Below, piece after piece: positions 52,521-64,000 of a DNA stretch of 64,000 bases. This DNA is from Ginglymostoma cirratum (lineage: Eukaryota). Made by a program: the position numbers and the translations under genes. Each line of letters starts with the position of its first letter. The first letter of the stretch is position 1. The notes beneath the pieces were generated by a model that worked only from the letters and a program-made list of their open reading frames with translations, made no database searches and was not told where the DNA came from. Where the stretch lies: assembly GCA_024137785.1 (NCBI GenBank), contig JAHRHZ010000016.1, positions 31,640,784 to 31,704,783 on the forward strand, read 5' to 3'.

Positions 52521-55400
52521 ACCATAAGACATAGGAGAAGAAATTAGGCCATTCAGCCCATTGAGTCTGCTCCGCCATTCAATCATGGCTGATAAGTTTC
52601 TCAACCCCAATCTCCCGCTTTCTCCCCATAACCCATGATCCCCTTGATAACCAAGACCCTATCTCTTTCCGTCTCAAATATATCCAATGACCTGGCCTCC
52701 ACAGCCTTCTGTGGCAGTGAATTTGAAAGATTCACCACTCTGGCTGAAAAAGTTTCTCCTTATCTCTGATCTAAAAGGTCATCCCTTTACTCTAAGGCTG
52801 TGCCCTCGGTCCTAGTCTGTCGTACCAATGGAAACAGCTTCCCAACATCCACTCTGCCCAAGCCATTCAGTGTTCTGTAAGTTTCAATTAGATCCCCCCT
52901 CACCCTTTTAAACTCCATCGAGTATAGACTCAGAGTCCTCAACATTCCTCACATGTTAAGCTTTTCATTCCTCGGACCATTCTCGTTAACCTCCTCTAAA
53001 CCTGTTCCAGGGCCAGTACATCTTTCCTGAGATATTGGCCCAAAACTGCATACAATACACCAAATGGGCCTGACCAGAGACTTATAAAGCCTCAGAAGTA
53101 CATCCCTGCTTTTATGTTTAAGTCCTCTCAAAATAAATGCCAACATTGCATTTGCCTTCTTAACTACTGACTCAACCTGCAACTTTACCTTGAGAGAATC
53201 CTGGACTAGAACTTCCAAGTCTCTTTGCACTTCAGACTTCTGAATTCTCTCCCCATTTAGAAAATAGTCCATGCTTTTATTCGTCTTACCAAGTGCATGG
53301 TCTCACATTCCCATTTTGTACTCCATCAGCCACTTCTTTGCCCACTCTCCTAACCTGTCCAAATCCTCCTGTAGTCTCCCTGCCTCCTCAACACGACCTG
53401 TCCCTCCATCTATCTTTGTATCGTCTGCAAACTTAGCCAGAATGCCCTCAGTTCCTTCATCTAGATCATTAATGTATAAAGTGAAAATTTGTGGCTCCAA
53501 CACTGACCCTTGTGGAACACCACTTGTCACCAGCTGCCATCTTGAGAAAGACCCTTTTAACCCCACTCTCTGCTTTCTGCCAGACAGCCAACCTTCTATC
53601 CATGCTAGTACCTTTCCTCTAACATCATGGGCCCTTATCTTACACAGCAGCCCCCTGTGCAGCATTTTGTCAAAAACCTTCTTGAAGTCCGGTTAGATAA
53701 CATCCATTGGCTGTCCGTGGTCTAATCTGCTTGTTACTTCCTCAAAAGAATTCTAACAGATTTGTCAGGCATGACCTCCATTGATGAAACCATGCTGACT
53801 TTGCCCTATTTTACCGTATGCTTCCAAGTATTCAAAAGTCTCATCCTTCACAATGGACTCTTAAAATCTTACGCACGACCAAGGTTAGGCTAATCGGCTG
53901 GTAATTTCCTGTCTTTTGCCTTACTCCCTTTTTAAACAGGGGTGTCACATTAGCGATTTTCCAGTCCTTTGGACCCTCTCTGACTCTAGTGATTCCTGAA
54001 AGGTCACCATCGTTAAGATAGTCCATCTGCTCCTGGTGATTGATCCACCTTCAGACCATTCAGTTTTTTCAGTACCTTCTCCTTGATGATGGCTGCCATA
54101 TTAAGCCTTCCACCACCCCACCCCCCCCAACTATCTTGAATTTTTTGGAATATTACTTGTCTCTTCCACTGTAAAGACTGACATGAAGTAAGTGTTCAAG
54201 TTCCTCTGCCATTTCCTCGTTCCTCACTACTATCTCTCCAGTGTCATTTACCGGTGGTCTGATGTCCACTTTTGCTTCTCTTTTGCCCTTTATATGTCCA
54301 AAAAAACTCTGACAGTCTTTCTTTATATTACTGGCTAAGTCACCCACCTATTAAATCTTCTCCCTCCTTATTTCTTTTTTTTTTGTGTTGCCCTCTGTTG
54401 GTCTTTGTAAGCTTCTCCATCCTCTGTTTTCCCACTGCCCTTCACCACATTATATGCTTTCTCTTTTGCTTTTATGCTATCCCTGACTTCCCTAGTCAGC
54501 CATAGTTGCCTTATCGTCCCTGTACCATGCTGCTTTTTCCTATAGTTGAATTCTTACTGTGTTCCCTGAATTACTCCTAGAAACTCCTGCCATTGCTCTT
54601 GCACTGTCTTTCCTACGAAGCTCCTCTCCCAGTCAATTCTGCCAAACTCCTCCCTCATGCCTCTGTAGATGTCTTTATGCAGCTGTAATACCATTACCTC
54701 TGATTCCATCGTCTTCCTCTGAATTTACTCTGCAATTTGAATCATATTATGATCGCTGTCTCCTAAGTGTTCCTTTTATTTTCAGCTCCCTTATGAAATC
54801 TGCCTCATTGCACAACACTAAATCCAGTACTGCCTGTTCCCGAGTGGGCTCTACCACAAGTTGCTCCAAAAAGCCATCTCGTAGACATTCCATAAATTCC
54901 TTTTCTTGCAATCTGCTATCAACCTGATTTCCCCAGTCCACCTTCATATTGAAATCTCCCATGATCACCGTAACTTTGTCTTTCTCACACACTTTTTCTA
55001 TCTCCTGGTGAATCTTGCGCCCCAGCTCCTGACTATTGTTTGGAGACCTGTACATAATTCCAGCTATGGATTTTGTTTTACCTCTGCGGTTCCTCAACTC
55101 TACCCACAAAGATTCTACACCATCTGACCCTACTTCCTTTCTTAGTATTGATTTAGTTTCATTTCTTATTAATAAGGTAATCCCACCCTGTCTGCCCACC
55201 TGCCTATCTTTTCGATAGGATGTATATCCTTGGATATTCAGCTCCCAATCCTGATCCGCTTGCAGCCATGTTTCCGTGATGCCCACCACATCATATCTGC
55301 CAATTTCGATCTGCGCTGCAAGCTCATTTACCTTCTTTCTTAAACTGCGTGCATTCAGATAAAACAACTTTAGTTCTGTATTAACTGTCTCTTTTCTCAT
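52521..55400 (-). mobile_element. Best-preserved HER1/CR1 LINE: ORF2 pseudogene (APE endonuclease plus RT) with 3' tail
   Basis: YLNARSL, VVGITETWL, IMGDFN, DWKIANVTPLFKKG, GVPQGSVLEP and KFADDTK across frameshifted ORFs; tail ...cctatgtcttatggt. Confidence 0.95.
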
Positions 55401-57809
55401 TGTCCTTCATTTATCCAGTGTGCTTGAAGTTTGATTCCTGACCCTTTCCAAACACTCTGTCCTATTTGTGTCTGTGCTGAAGACTTTAATAACCTCTCCT
55501 AAATTCTCCTTTCCCGTCATTTTTTTTTCATATTTTTCCACGCAGTGGAATGTACCCCTACAGATGTTAACCTGCTGCTTTGTTGCCCACTAGGAGAAGC
55601 TTTACCCCTCCCTTGCCCCCAACTGTTTAGTTTAACATTCTGTTGATCAGTCTGTTTATGCGCATACTGTTCCTATTCTCCTCTGTTCCTATATTTTGAC
55701 TTAATCTAGTTTCTGCATGCTGGTGGTGTTACTCAGCACATGCCTTTGATTGAATTCAATTATGTTGCTTCCCTACATCTTGTACGTTTCACACTAAAAG
55801 CTTCTTCCTTTCTTTCATAGTTTCGGGCAATAAGGATTAATGTTTTATTGCCTTTTTTCAAAAAAAAAAAATTACTCAACAGCGTTTTCCAAATTTCTGC
55901 CAGATAATTCCTGAGGTATAATAATAAGAAATAGACGTAGGGTTAGGCCATTCAACACTTCATAAGTGCCCGATCATTCAATGAAAAGACCACGATTGGT
56001 CTTCTCACTGAATTCCACCTCTCAAACTGTCACTACATCCCTTGATCTTCTTGGTACCCAAAAATCTAACAGTCCCTGACTTGAATATATTAAATGATTA
56101 AATATTTGCAGCCCTCAAAGGTAGGGCATTTGAAATGTTCTCCTTAGTCCTCTTATTTTGAGACTGTGATCCCCTGCCTGTGGAATCCCTTCTAAGTCAC
56201 ACCATCCTCTGCAGATTGACAGTGGCGTGCCTCTTTAATGAATTTTACGTTTCAGTTTGATCACCTGTTAATTTTCTAAACTCCTAGGAGGTTCAGGGTG
56301 ATTATGCTCATTTCCATAGTCTTGTCTCGTGTAGTATAGTTTGTGTTTATCTGTGCTTTTGTTGAAACTACATTGGTAGCCTCTCGTGAATATGCTCAAT
56401 GACTGTTGGAGAGAGGTTTTAAGAGAAGTCAGATTTGTGCTGAACACAGGACTGTATCTTTATTTGGACCTTGTTTACCACAAATCTGGGAGGGGCCAGA
56501 GACCGCTCTGAATCTGGCTTTCACGTAGGGCCCAGTTGCCCTCTTACATACAGCTCAGATCAGAGGTCAGTGACATTCTACCTTTCCCAATGAAGTCCAG
56601 GATATTTATACATACCATGTTCCAGTTGTTACATGCAACATTAACATCAGTGCTTCCACATCTCCTCTGACCTATGCATCCAATCCTGTGAATACAGGAT
56701 CAATGATGGACAACTTCATGCTCTACCTTAGGTTCTCCCATCACCTTGTGATATTTGCCAGACCCCCTATCACCTATCCTTGGGCTCTTATGATCCTTGA
56801 TCGCATTCCAATACCAATTGTTATGCCCCTTCCTAGACATTTGCAGCTGCATTGTATACTTATTACTAGTCACGTCTCGTATTTGATCATGCAAATTCTA
56901 TCCCGTGCTGATCTTAGTATAGAAGATTAAAAACTATGTTAATTTCTACCAATTGCTTTAATATATATATAACATCAGCTCTAATATAAAGTTGCTTATA
57001 AAGTTGTACATAGTTAAAGCTAATACAATGATTCTGTGACTAAGCTAACAACTTCGGGAACAGCATCCTTCTTATCCGAGCTGTGAGCAGCAGTTGTTTA
57101 TTCTCTCGAGGTCATAATGACGTTGTTCCAAATTCACCACCCCTCCACCCCTCACGCCCACCCCCGGCTGTGTTGTTTGTCTCTTGATACTCTTACAAGG
57201 TTATCTTGTTTATACCTTTTTGTTGTTCCAATCTTTTTGCTGATGGAGAAAAATGTTTCTTCAAGGGTGTTTATCAAAACTATTCTCTGCGTCCAAGGCT
57301 AATTGCTTTCAGAAATTTAATTTCCCAATACCTAATAAGTTTTAAGCTTCTATTATTGGACAAATATGTGTCTACTCTAATATGTAATTATAATTATTTA
57401 AAAGGTCTCATCTCAGGTAAGTTAGGCTTTACCTTTCTATTTCATATAAAAATTGGAAATCTCAAATCAGATGGTTTCCATCTGAGCTGCCTTATCAGAG
57501 TTTAACTAAGACTTGGAGGTGTTTTGTTGGCTGTCTGTGAAGGCCATGATTTGAGCTATATAAAATGCTGCATTAGCTAAAATTTCCTTTGATTGTCTAT
57601 GTCAGTTAAAAATAAAACCCCTGATAACCATTTTGTCGTATTCAGCTGGGGCAACTATAACAATGACTGACCTCCACAATAAACAAAACAAAAAATAAAA
57701 CTTATGGTCATCAAACCATGTTTTGTGCTGGAGTCTGACTTGTCCAGTAGTGCCATCAGCTGGAATCATGGCTATATATATCAGTCATTTTCCCTCTTAC
57801 CTTGTTGCT

Positions 57810-58225
57810 GTCCGAGCTTGGTTTGGTTGCAGCGCTCCTGCGCTGTAAGTTTAGAGTTAATCTAAAACCTGGATATGTCGGTAAAAACTTAAAGGTATGC
57901 TAAATTGTGAAATAAGCTGCTTGATAGATGTTATGCTAAATTGTAGCCATGTATGTTGTCAGGTGATTAAGGTGAATATTGCAGATTCCAAAGCATTGTT
58001 TTTAAAAGTTTATAGTGTTCTGTTGGCATAACTGGCAATTTTCCCTTAGCCAATATCATAAAAACAAAAGTCAGTTGTTCAATTGTTGCTTTTTATGGAA
58101 TCTTACTACATGCGAAATACCTCCCACATTTGGCTATAAGGACCATCACTGTATTTCACATTAAAAGTGCATGTAATACCCATTTTGAGCGATTATTCTA
58201 AGACGCTATACTTTCAAGTCTCTCT
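57810..58225 (+). mobile_element. Ancient Deu-domain SINE remnant (SacSINE1/AmnSINE-like)
   Basis: Recognised by eye from decayed blocks (cccttagccaatatcataaaaaca; ttgttgctttttatggaatcttactacatgcgaaat; tcactgtatttca). Confidence 0.45.
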
Positions 58226-58879
58226 TTCTATACCTTCTCCTTCCCCAAACCTTGTTAAATAGGGAAGAGTAGTTGGATGCTCTATATTGTGTATTGTTGT
58301 GTTTTCTTCTTTGCCCTCAGTGCTGATTGATAAATTTGGATAGCCTATTGTACTGCCAGGTATAGCATGTTGAATGCCCATTTCTGGTGATGATTGAGTA
58401 TCGATCTTTGCAAACTATTAAATTTTATTTTAAACATTGCTAAAATCATGAAATTGCTTTTGAATTTTCTTTTTCTCTTCTTGTATATGATTCAAATTTG
58501 GTGCTAAATTTTGTTTTAATTGGAAACAATTTGTCAAGTTGTTGCGTATTTACTGACAAGCCTCTGGCATTGCTGTTATGAAAGCAGCTTCCAAGAGCAA
58601 TCTGGTTTGTTCTCTTTCTCCACTCTGTTTCATACCATGTTTACCCTCTTGCATATTTCCAAGGAAACTTTTAAGTGGCAATCTCATAGACATTGTGTGG
58701 GCTTAACTTGACTGCTCTCAATTCTTTGCTGTTGAGATTATGAATTAACCAGTAAACACGGTACCAGGTATAATACGTTTTCTGCCATACCAAAAGATGT
58801 TCTGCTATGATTAATATGGACAAAAATGCTTGCGATCCCAGTCCAATCTAACTTTGGATTTATGTTTGTTTTCTCGCAG

Positions 58880-58984
58880 GATCCTGGCTTATCAGAAAGC
58901 ATGGACATAGATCCAAACTCTAGTGCTATTTTTGAAGATGTGGAAAAGAATGACTTTAAAAGTGAATTTAGTTCTGATTTTTCT
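58880..58984 (+). CDS. MED12: MED12 exon 14 equivalent, 105 nt, [35 protein letters not shown]
   Basis: tcgcag acceptor, TCT|gtaagt donor, phase 0-0; [12 protein letters not shown] is MED12-type. Confidence 0.92.
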
Positions 58985-59084
58985 GTAAGTTAATTGCTGA
59001 TTCTAAGTATTATTCTCCCTGTCTCTGTTCCTTGATTTGGATATTTGGAGTTGGGAGGGTTGCTACTGTTTTCTGTCTTTAAAC

Positions 59085-61325
59085 CATCCTTTTGCATGCT
59101 ATACAAGTGTTGCTGACAGCTAGCATTTGATCCTGTTTCCTAACTTGTATCGTAAGTTGATGGTGAGCCACCTTCTTGAACTGTTGCAATTCATGTGGTG
59201 CTGGTGTACCAACAGTGCCAGTAGGGAGGGAATTGTAGGGTTTTAACCTGGTGACAGTAAAGGAATAACAATGTAATTCTGAGTTAGCATGGTATGTGAC
59301 TTGGGGAGAAGCTTGTAACTGGTACTGTTCCCATGTAGCTGCTGCCCTGGTGAAAGAGGTCAGGGGTTTGGGAAGGGGCTGTTGAAGAAGCCTTAAGATG
59401 CATTGCAGCAACTCGTGAAGTGCAGCTACCACAGTGTGTCAGTGGTTCAGAGATTCTATGTTTGAGGTAGTGGATGAGGTGCTAATCAAGAGAGCTGTTT
59501 TGTCTCTGGTAGTGTCAACTTTCTTGAATGTTTTTGGCACTGCAGTAATCTCCCTCAATGCAAGAGTCTGCCATCACATGCCTGTTTAGTACCATGAGAT
59601 GGTGGATGGACTCTGAGAATCAGGAGTTGAGTTACTGTCTACGAAATTGCCATTCTTTGACCAGCTCATGTTGTCACATTATTTGGATGGGTAATCCAGT
59701 TAAGTTATGGTCAAAGATAACCCAAGAATGCTATTTTTGAGGGAATTCAACAATGGTGATGTCTGTCTTGTTGGATATTGCCTGGCACTTGTATGCAATG
59801 GTATTTATGTGGCATAAACGTTACTCAATACAAACTGAATGTGTTCATGTCTAAAACAGACGGATTCAGTTTCTGACGAGTTGCGAATGGTACTGCGTAC
59901 TACGCCATTATCGCCAAACATCTTGATGACTGTACGATGGGTCATTGATTAAACAGCTGAGTTCCCTGATGAATTCTGGTAAGAATATCCTGGGGCTCAG
60001 ATGATAGACCTCTAGCAATCGCAGTTGTCTCCCTGTATGCTAGGCATGACTCCAATCAGTCAAAATGTTTATCCCTTGATTCTCTTTGTCTCCAGTTTTG
60101 CTGGGCCTCCTTGATTCCAGACTCTCTCAACTGCTGCCTTGAACCCAAGGGGAGTCACTCCTCTTATTTCTGAAACTTAGCTCTTTTAACATTTGGACCA
60201 AGGCTGTACTGAGGTCAGGAGCTGATTAGCTTTGGTGGAACATAAATTGAGCATCTGTAAGCAGGTTATTGTTGCAGAAATGCCACTTGGTAACATCTGA
60301 CAACATGTTCCATTACTTCTAATTGAAAGAAAATGGAGGAGGAGTAAGCCACATTCAGCTTAACAAAGCTGTTCTTCCATTCAGTAAGATCACATTTCAT
60401 GAGATTGTGGCCTTTGTTCTTTTTTCCAACTTGCATTCCTACCGTATTTGCATCTATCCAAGTTATTAACATATGATTGAGATTGGACTGATAGGGGAGT
60501 AATTGGCTGGATTGGATTTGACCTGCATTTTGTGGCCAAGGCAGAGCTGGACAATTTTCCACTTTGTATACTTGATGCCACACATGATGCTGTTCCCATA
60601 CTGGAGTAACTTGACCATGCGTGCAGCTTGTTCTGGAGCACTTGGTTTCAGTATCAGTGCTAGGATGTTGTCATTTTGCAGTATCCAGTGACTTCAGCTG
60701 TTTTTTTGTTTTGAAAGCACATTGATTACTATTTCTATTTTTTATCATGTATATCTCACAATTCCACTGTTTAATCAGGTTGGAATCTCGTTTTTTAGTT
60801 TTGCCTAGTCTTCTTGCTGTTGTGTTGTTCTGTACTACTTATTGATCTGGGTTTATTGCTTGATGATGGTAATGGCAGAGTGAGCAATTTACTGGGCCAT
60901 AAAGTTGAACATTGTGGTTGAATGCAATTCTGCTACTATCGCTGGACAATTCTTCATGAATGACCTGTTTTGAGCTATGAGATCTATTCAACATCATTTA
61001 ATAAGATCTAGGGGAAGGGGTTGAACTCCCAATACAGAGATAGGGCACCATCTCCACAAGGACTGTACACTGTCCACTCATGGCAATAATTAATGCATCT
61101 GCAACAAGTAGATTGGTGAAGAAGAGATCAATTTTTTTTTCACTCTTGTTGGTTCTCTCCCTATCTGTCATAGGCCCGGTTTGACAGTTATGTCATTCTG
61201 AACTCACATAGTGGTGTTACCGAGTGGTGTTGATGATGGTCATTGGAATTCCCTCTCTGAGTACATTTTGTACTCTTGCTACCCACATTGCTTCTTCCAA
61301 TTGGTGTTGTTCAACATGGAAGATT
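59085..61325 (-). mobile_element. Decayed family-B LINE with a nested CR1 tail (about 60320-60475)
   Basis: Collinear with 31550-33960 and 4010-5345 (ttggaccaaggctgtactgaggtcaggagct). Confidence 0.8.
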
Positions 61326-62501
61326 TCCTAATATACTGATTCTGATAATCTTGGGACACAGCTTTTACTGGAAATGATTATTTGGTATTTATTTGAGTGT
61401 GCGTTCTTCAGTCATACTTGGTCCTGCTTTATTCATTCACTTTGGCACATGTTCATTCAACCCATTCTGTAACCATTCTCATTTGGGGGACCATATAGCA
61501 TCTGTCAAGTATTTGTGAAGATGTCTTACAAGTGAAATGCAGTAAGTCTTTTTCTGTTAAGTCTGGCCATACTTCTGTTAGTTGGATTACCAAAATATGG
61601 AGCATAACTTTATTGTGGCTTTTTGCAAAATTATTTTGTACTTAAATCATTTGATTTATCTTCTTTACACTTTATGAACTCAGAAATGAGTGCTTTGCGA
61701 AGGTGTTCCTGCCCATGCTTGAACATGAAAAGTTTTTATAGCTGATGTTTGGTATTTTCGTGATCACTGGAATGTGGTTTATATCCATCGCTGGTTCAGA
61801 TATGCCACCTGCAGATCACAATTTATAATGAAATATAAATTGTAAATGAAGGAAAAAAGTGAGTCACTTCCAAAAAAAACTTCCACGAATGGATTGTGAC
61901 GATTAACAGTCGTGAGGTTTGACTCCATGGTAGATTTGTGAAGCCTGGTGACTATATAAAAGTTGTGATTGTTTTGAAGTTTTTGATGCTACCAGTTGTG
62001 CCATGGTTGTTACTTTCATTGTTTTTATTGTAAGCAGCCAGGACATGGGACCCTAATGGAAAGCCCGCTTGATTAAAAAGCCTTGTTCACAATTATTTGA
62101 TCAGCCTCTTTTTCTGTCAATGTTATTTTCCATCCATTTTGACCTCCTTCCCTATTCATCTTTTTGAGGATACCAAATCTATTCTGGCTGCAGTTTCACG
62201 ATGGCCAGACTGCATGTGCTTTTTTTTAAAAGTATGAATCTAAACAATTAATCTCAGCCTGTTTGATCATGGTTGCATCAGGCTGGAGCATAATTTCATG
62301 CACAGATGTACAGGGTTCATTGGATAGCAATTAAAAGAATGAATCATGACTGGTTTTCAGAAAAGTGGGTGCGGAAGCTGGGGTTGGTTGACGATAGAAC
62401 CTAGTAAAATACAATTGTAGAAAGCTTTGACTGAATGCTACAACCGATGATTAAATTTCAGCTTTTCATGTGAATTGATTTTATCCCCCCCGCTTTTATA
62501 G

Positions 62502-62669
62502 ATGTTTTCTCCTTCAATGCACTGTGAATCGAAAACTAGTCCGTCTCCAGAAAAACCTGCTTCAGAAAAGGACATGAAGCTGTTACAGAAAATAAATGAA
62601 GTAGCATTTCCATCACCGTACGACCAATCAAGGCATATACAGTATGCCACACACTTTCCTATTCCTCAG
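62502..62669 (+). CDS. MED12: MED12 exon 15 equivalent, 168 nt, [19 protein letters not shown]...[17 protein letters not shown]
   Basis: ttatag acceptor, CAG|gtaagg donor; conserved [10 protein letters not shown]. The gene continues beyond the window. Confidence 0.95.
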
Positions 62670-62799
62670 GTAAGGCACAAGGTTGGGCGGTTGAGGCAAT
62701 GGGAAGATGAAATGTTTTTGTTCAATCTACTTAAGCTTTTAGTTATCTTTTGAAAAACATAATGAGCTCAAACGTCCAATGTCAGGATTCTAATTGTTA

Positions 62800-63250
62800 T
62801 AGAAACTTAGAAGATCTGAGCAGGAGGAAGCCATTCGGCCCTTTGAGCCTGCTCAGCCATTCTTCCTAATCATGGTTGATCGTCCAACTCAATAGTCTAA
62901 TCCTGCTTTCTCCCCATGACCTTTTAATCCCATTTGTTCCAAGTGCTATATCTAGTCGTCTCTTGAATACATTCAGTGTTTCGGCATCAACTACTCCCTC
63001 TGGTAATGAATTCCACAGGCTCGCCACTCTTTGGGTGAAGACATGTCTCCTCATCTCCTTCGTAAATCGTGTATCCCAAATCCTCATACTGTGACTCCAT
63101 GTTCTGGACACACCCACCATCGGGCGCATCCTCCCTGCGTCTACCCTATCCAGTCCAGTTAGAATTTAATAAGTCTCTGAGATCCCCCTCCCTCATTGCT
63201 TGAACTCTAGCAAGAACAATCCCAACCTAGTCAATCTCTCCTCATACGCC
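62800..63250 (-). mobile_element. HER1/CR1 3' fragment
   Basis: EMRRHVFTQRVASLWNSLPEGVVDAETLNVFKRRLD. Confidence 0.88.
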
Positions 63251-64000
63251 GGCATCCTTCCATGATCTCAGACTCTATTGCTGACTCTGTTGGAGTTTGC
63301 ACTGTCATTTTGAGGGCATCTCATTTGTATGGGCTTGGTGGCAAATGCAAAATCATAGCCACATCTCGGTACATCATTACGAGAACAATTTCCCTAAAAA
63401 TTAATTGAGAGATTAAGCATGCTGGACATTATGATCTCACTGATCAGTGTACATTAATGCAAGTAAATACTCTGTAAATAACTTAGATTGTATTGGTGCC
63501 AAGTAAATGTCAATATTATAGTTGAACCATTTATAGTTGTTTTTTCATGATCTTTAGGTAATGGATTGTTTTAATCAATGGCCTTCCATCTCCAGCATCT
63601 GAATTTAAATTCCAGTGGTAAACCTCCCTCTGCTGACTGTTAGGCTTCTTTGTAAAACAAAATCTGTACAATACCAGTGTAGTTCATTGTGTAGTCCATT
63701 GAGAAAATGACCACTACTGGGATGAAATAAGAAAAATGTTATTTCAGTGCAATGTGAAATACTTTTCTGGTTTGGAACTGATGTAGAGTGTTAGGACAGA
63801 GGAGCAAGCTTTGTTCTTTTTATAATCTATGCTATACTAAATCTAGGAGTATGTGTCTGCATCTGAAATAAAAGTGAACCATTCCTCAGTACTGATAAAC
63901 TAACGAAGTGAAATTTATTAAATAAGTGTTCGTGAATTTTCCAATTTCTTAATTTGTTTTAAAAAAAATTTAACATCTTTGCAACTTCAGAACAGAAAAC

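Noticed and set aside
54747-55400. 217-aa ORF as a domesticated endonuclease gene
   Set aside because: It is the N-terminus of CR1 ORF2, followed by frameshifted and deleted RT fragments, with no sign of independent gene structure.
58962-58967. Internal gtgaat donor giving a shorter exon 14
   Set aside because: It would end in phase 1, incompatible with phase-0 exon 15; the downstream gtaagt is the consensus donor.
61700-62460. Possible intronic snoRNA or conserved RNA upstream of exon 15
   Set aside because: No convincing C/D or H/ACA box arrangement with terminal stems was seen by eye; an Rfam search would be needed.

Overview
This is eukaryotic genomic DNA, inferred to be from a cartilaginous fish (shark) because of its HE1/V-SINE and HER1/CR1 repeat content. 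The window holds 14 consecutive + strand coding exons of the Mediator kinase-module gene MED12, equivalent to exons 2-15 of the human gene. All splice sites are GT-AG, phases are consistent, and the exons total 2163 nt (721 codons) with no stops. Exon 1 and the remainder of the gene lie outside the window. The introns (108 bp to about 8.9 kb) are filled with decayed retroelements: two CR1-group LINE families, four tRNA-derived V-SINEs (HE1-like), a Deu-SINE remnant, and about 15 short Penelope-like (PLE) fragments. The PLE fragments carry minimal hammerhead ribozyme cores (CTGANGA-stem II-GAAA-CG-TC), and several have 10-15 bp target-site duplications and inverted pseudo-LTR structure. Nearly all short ORFs in the track are exon read-throughs or repeat noise. 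I cannot support a wholly new biological system from sequence alone. The best leads are the intronic hammerhead set (including a sense-strand tandem pair), a SINE subfamily with a 21-bp micro-inversion, a SINE inserted into a tRNA-Pro fragment, a filled/empty PLE site pair, and a MED12 exon 14 of MED12L-like length. Exon coordinates were checked base by base; repeat boundaries are approximate.
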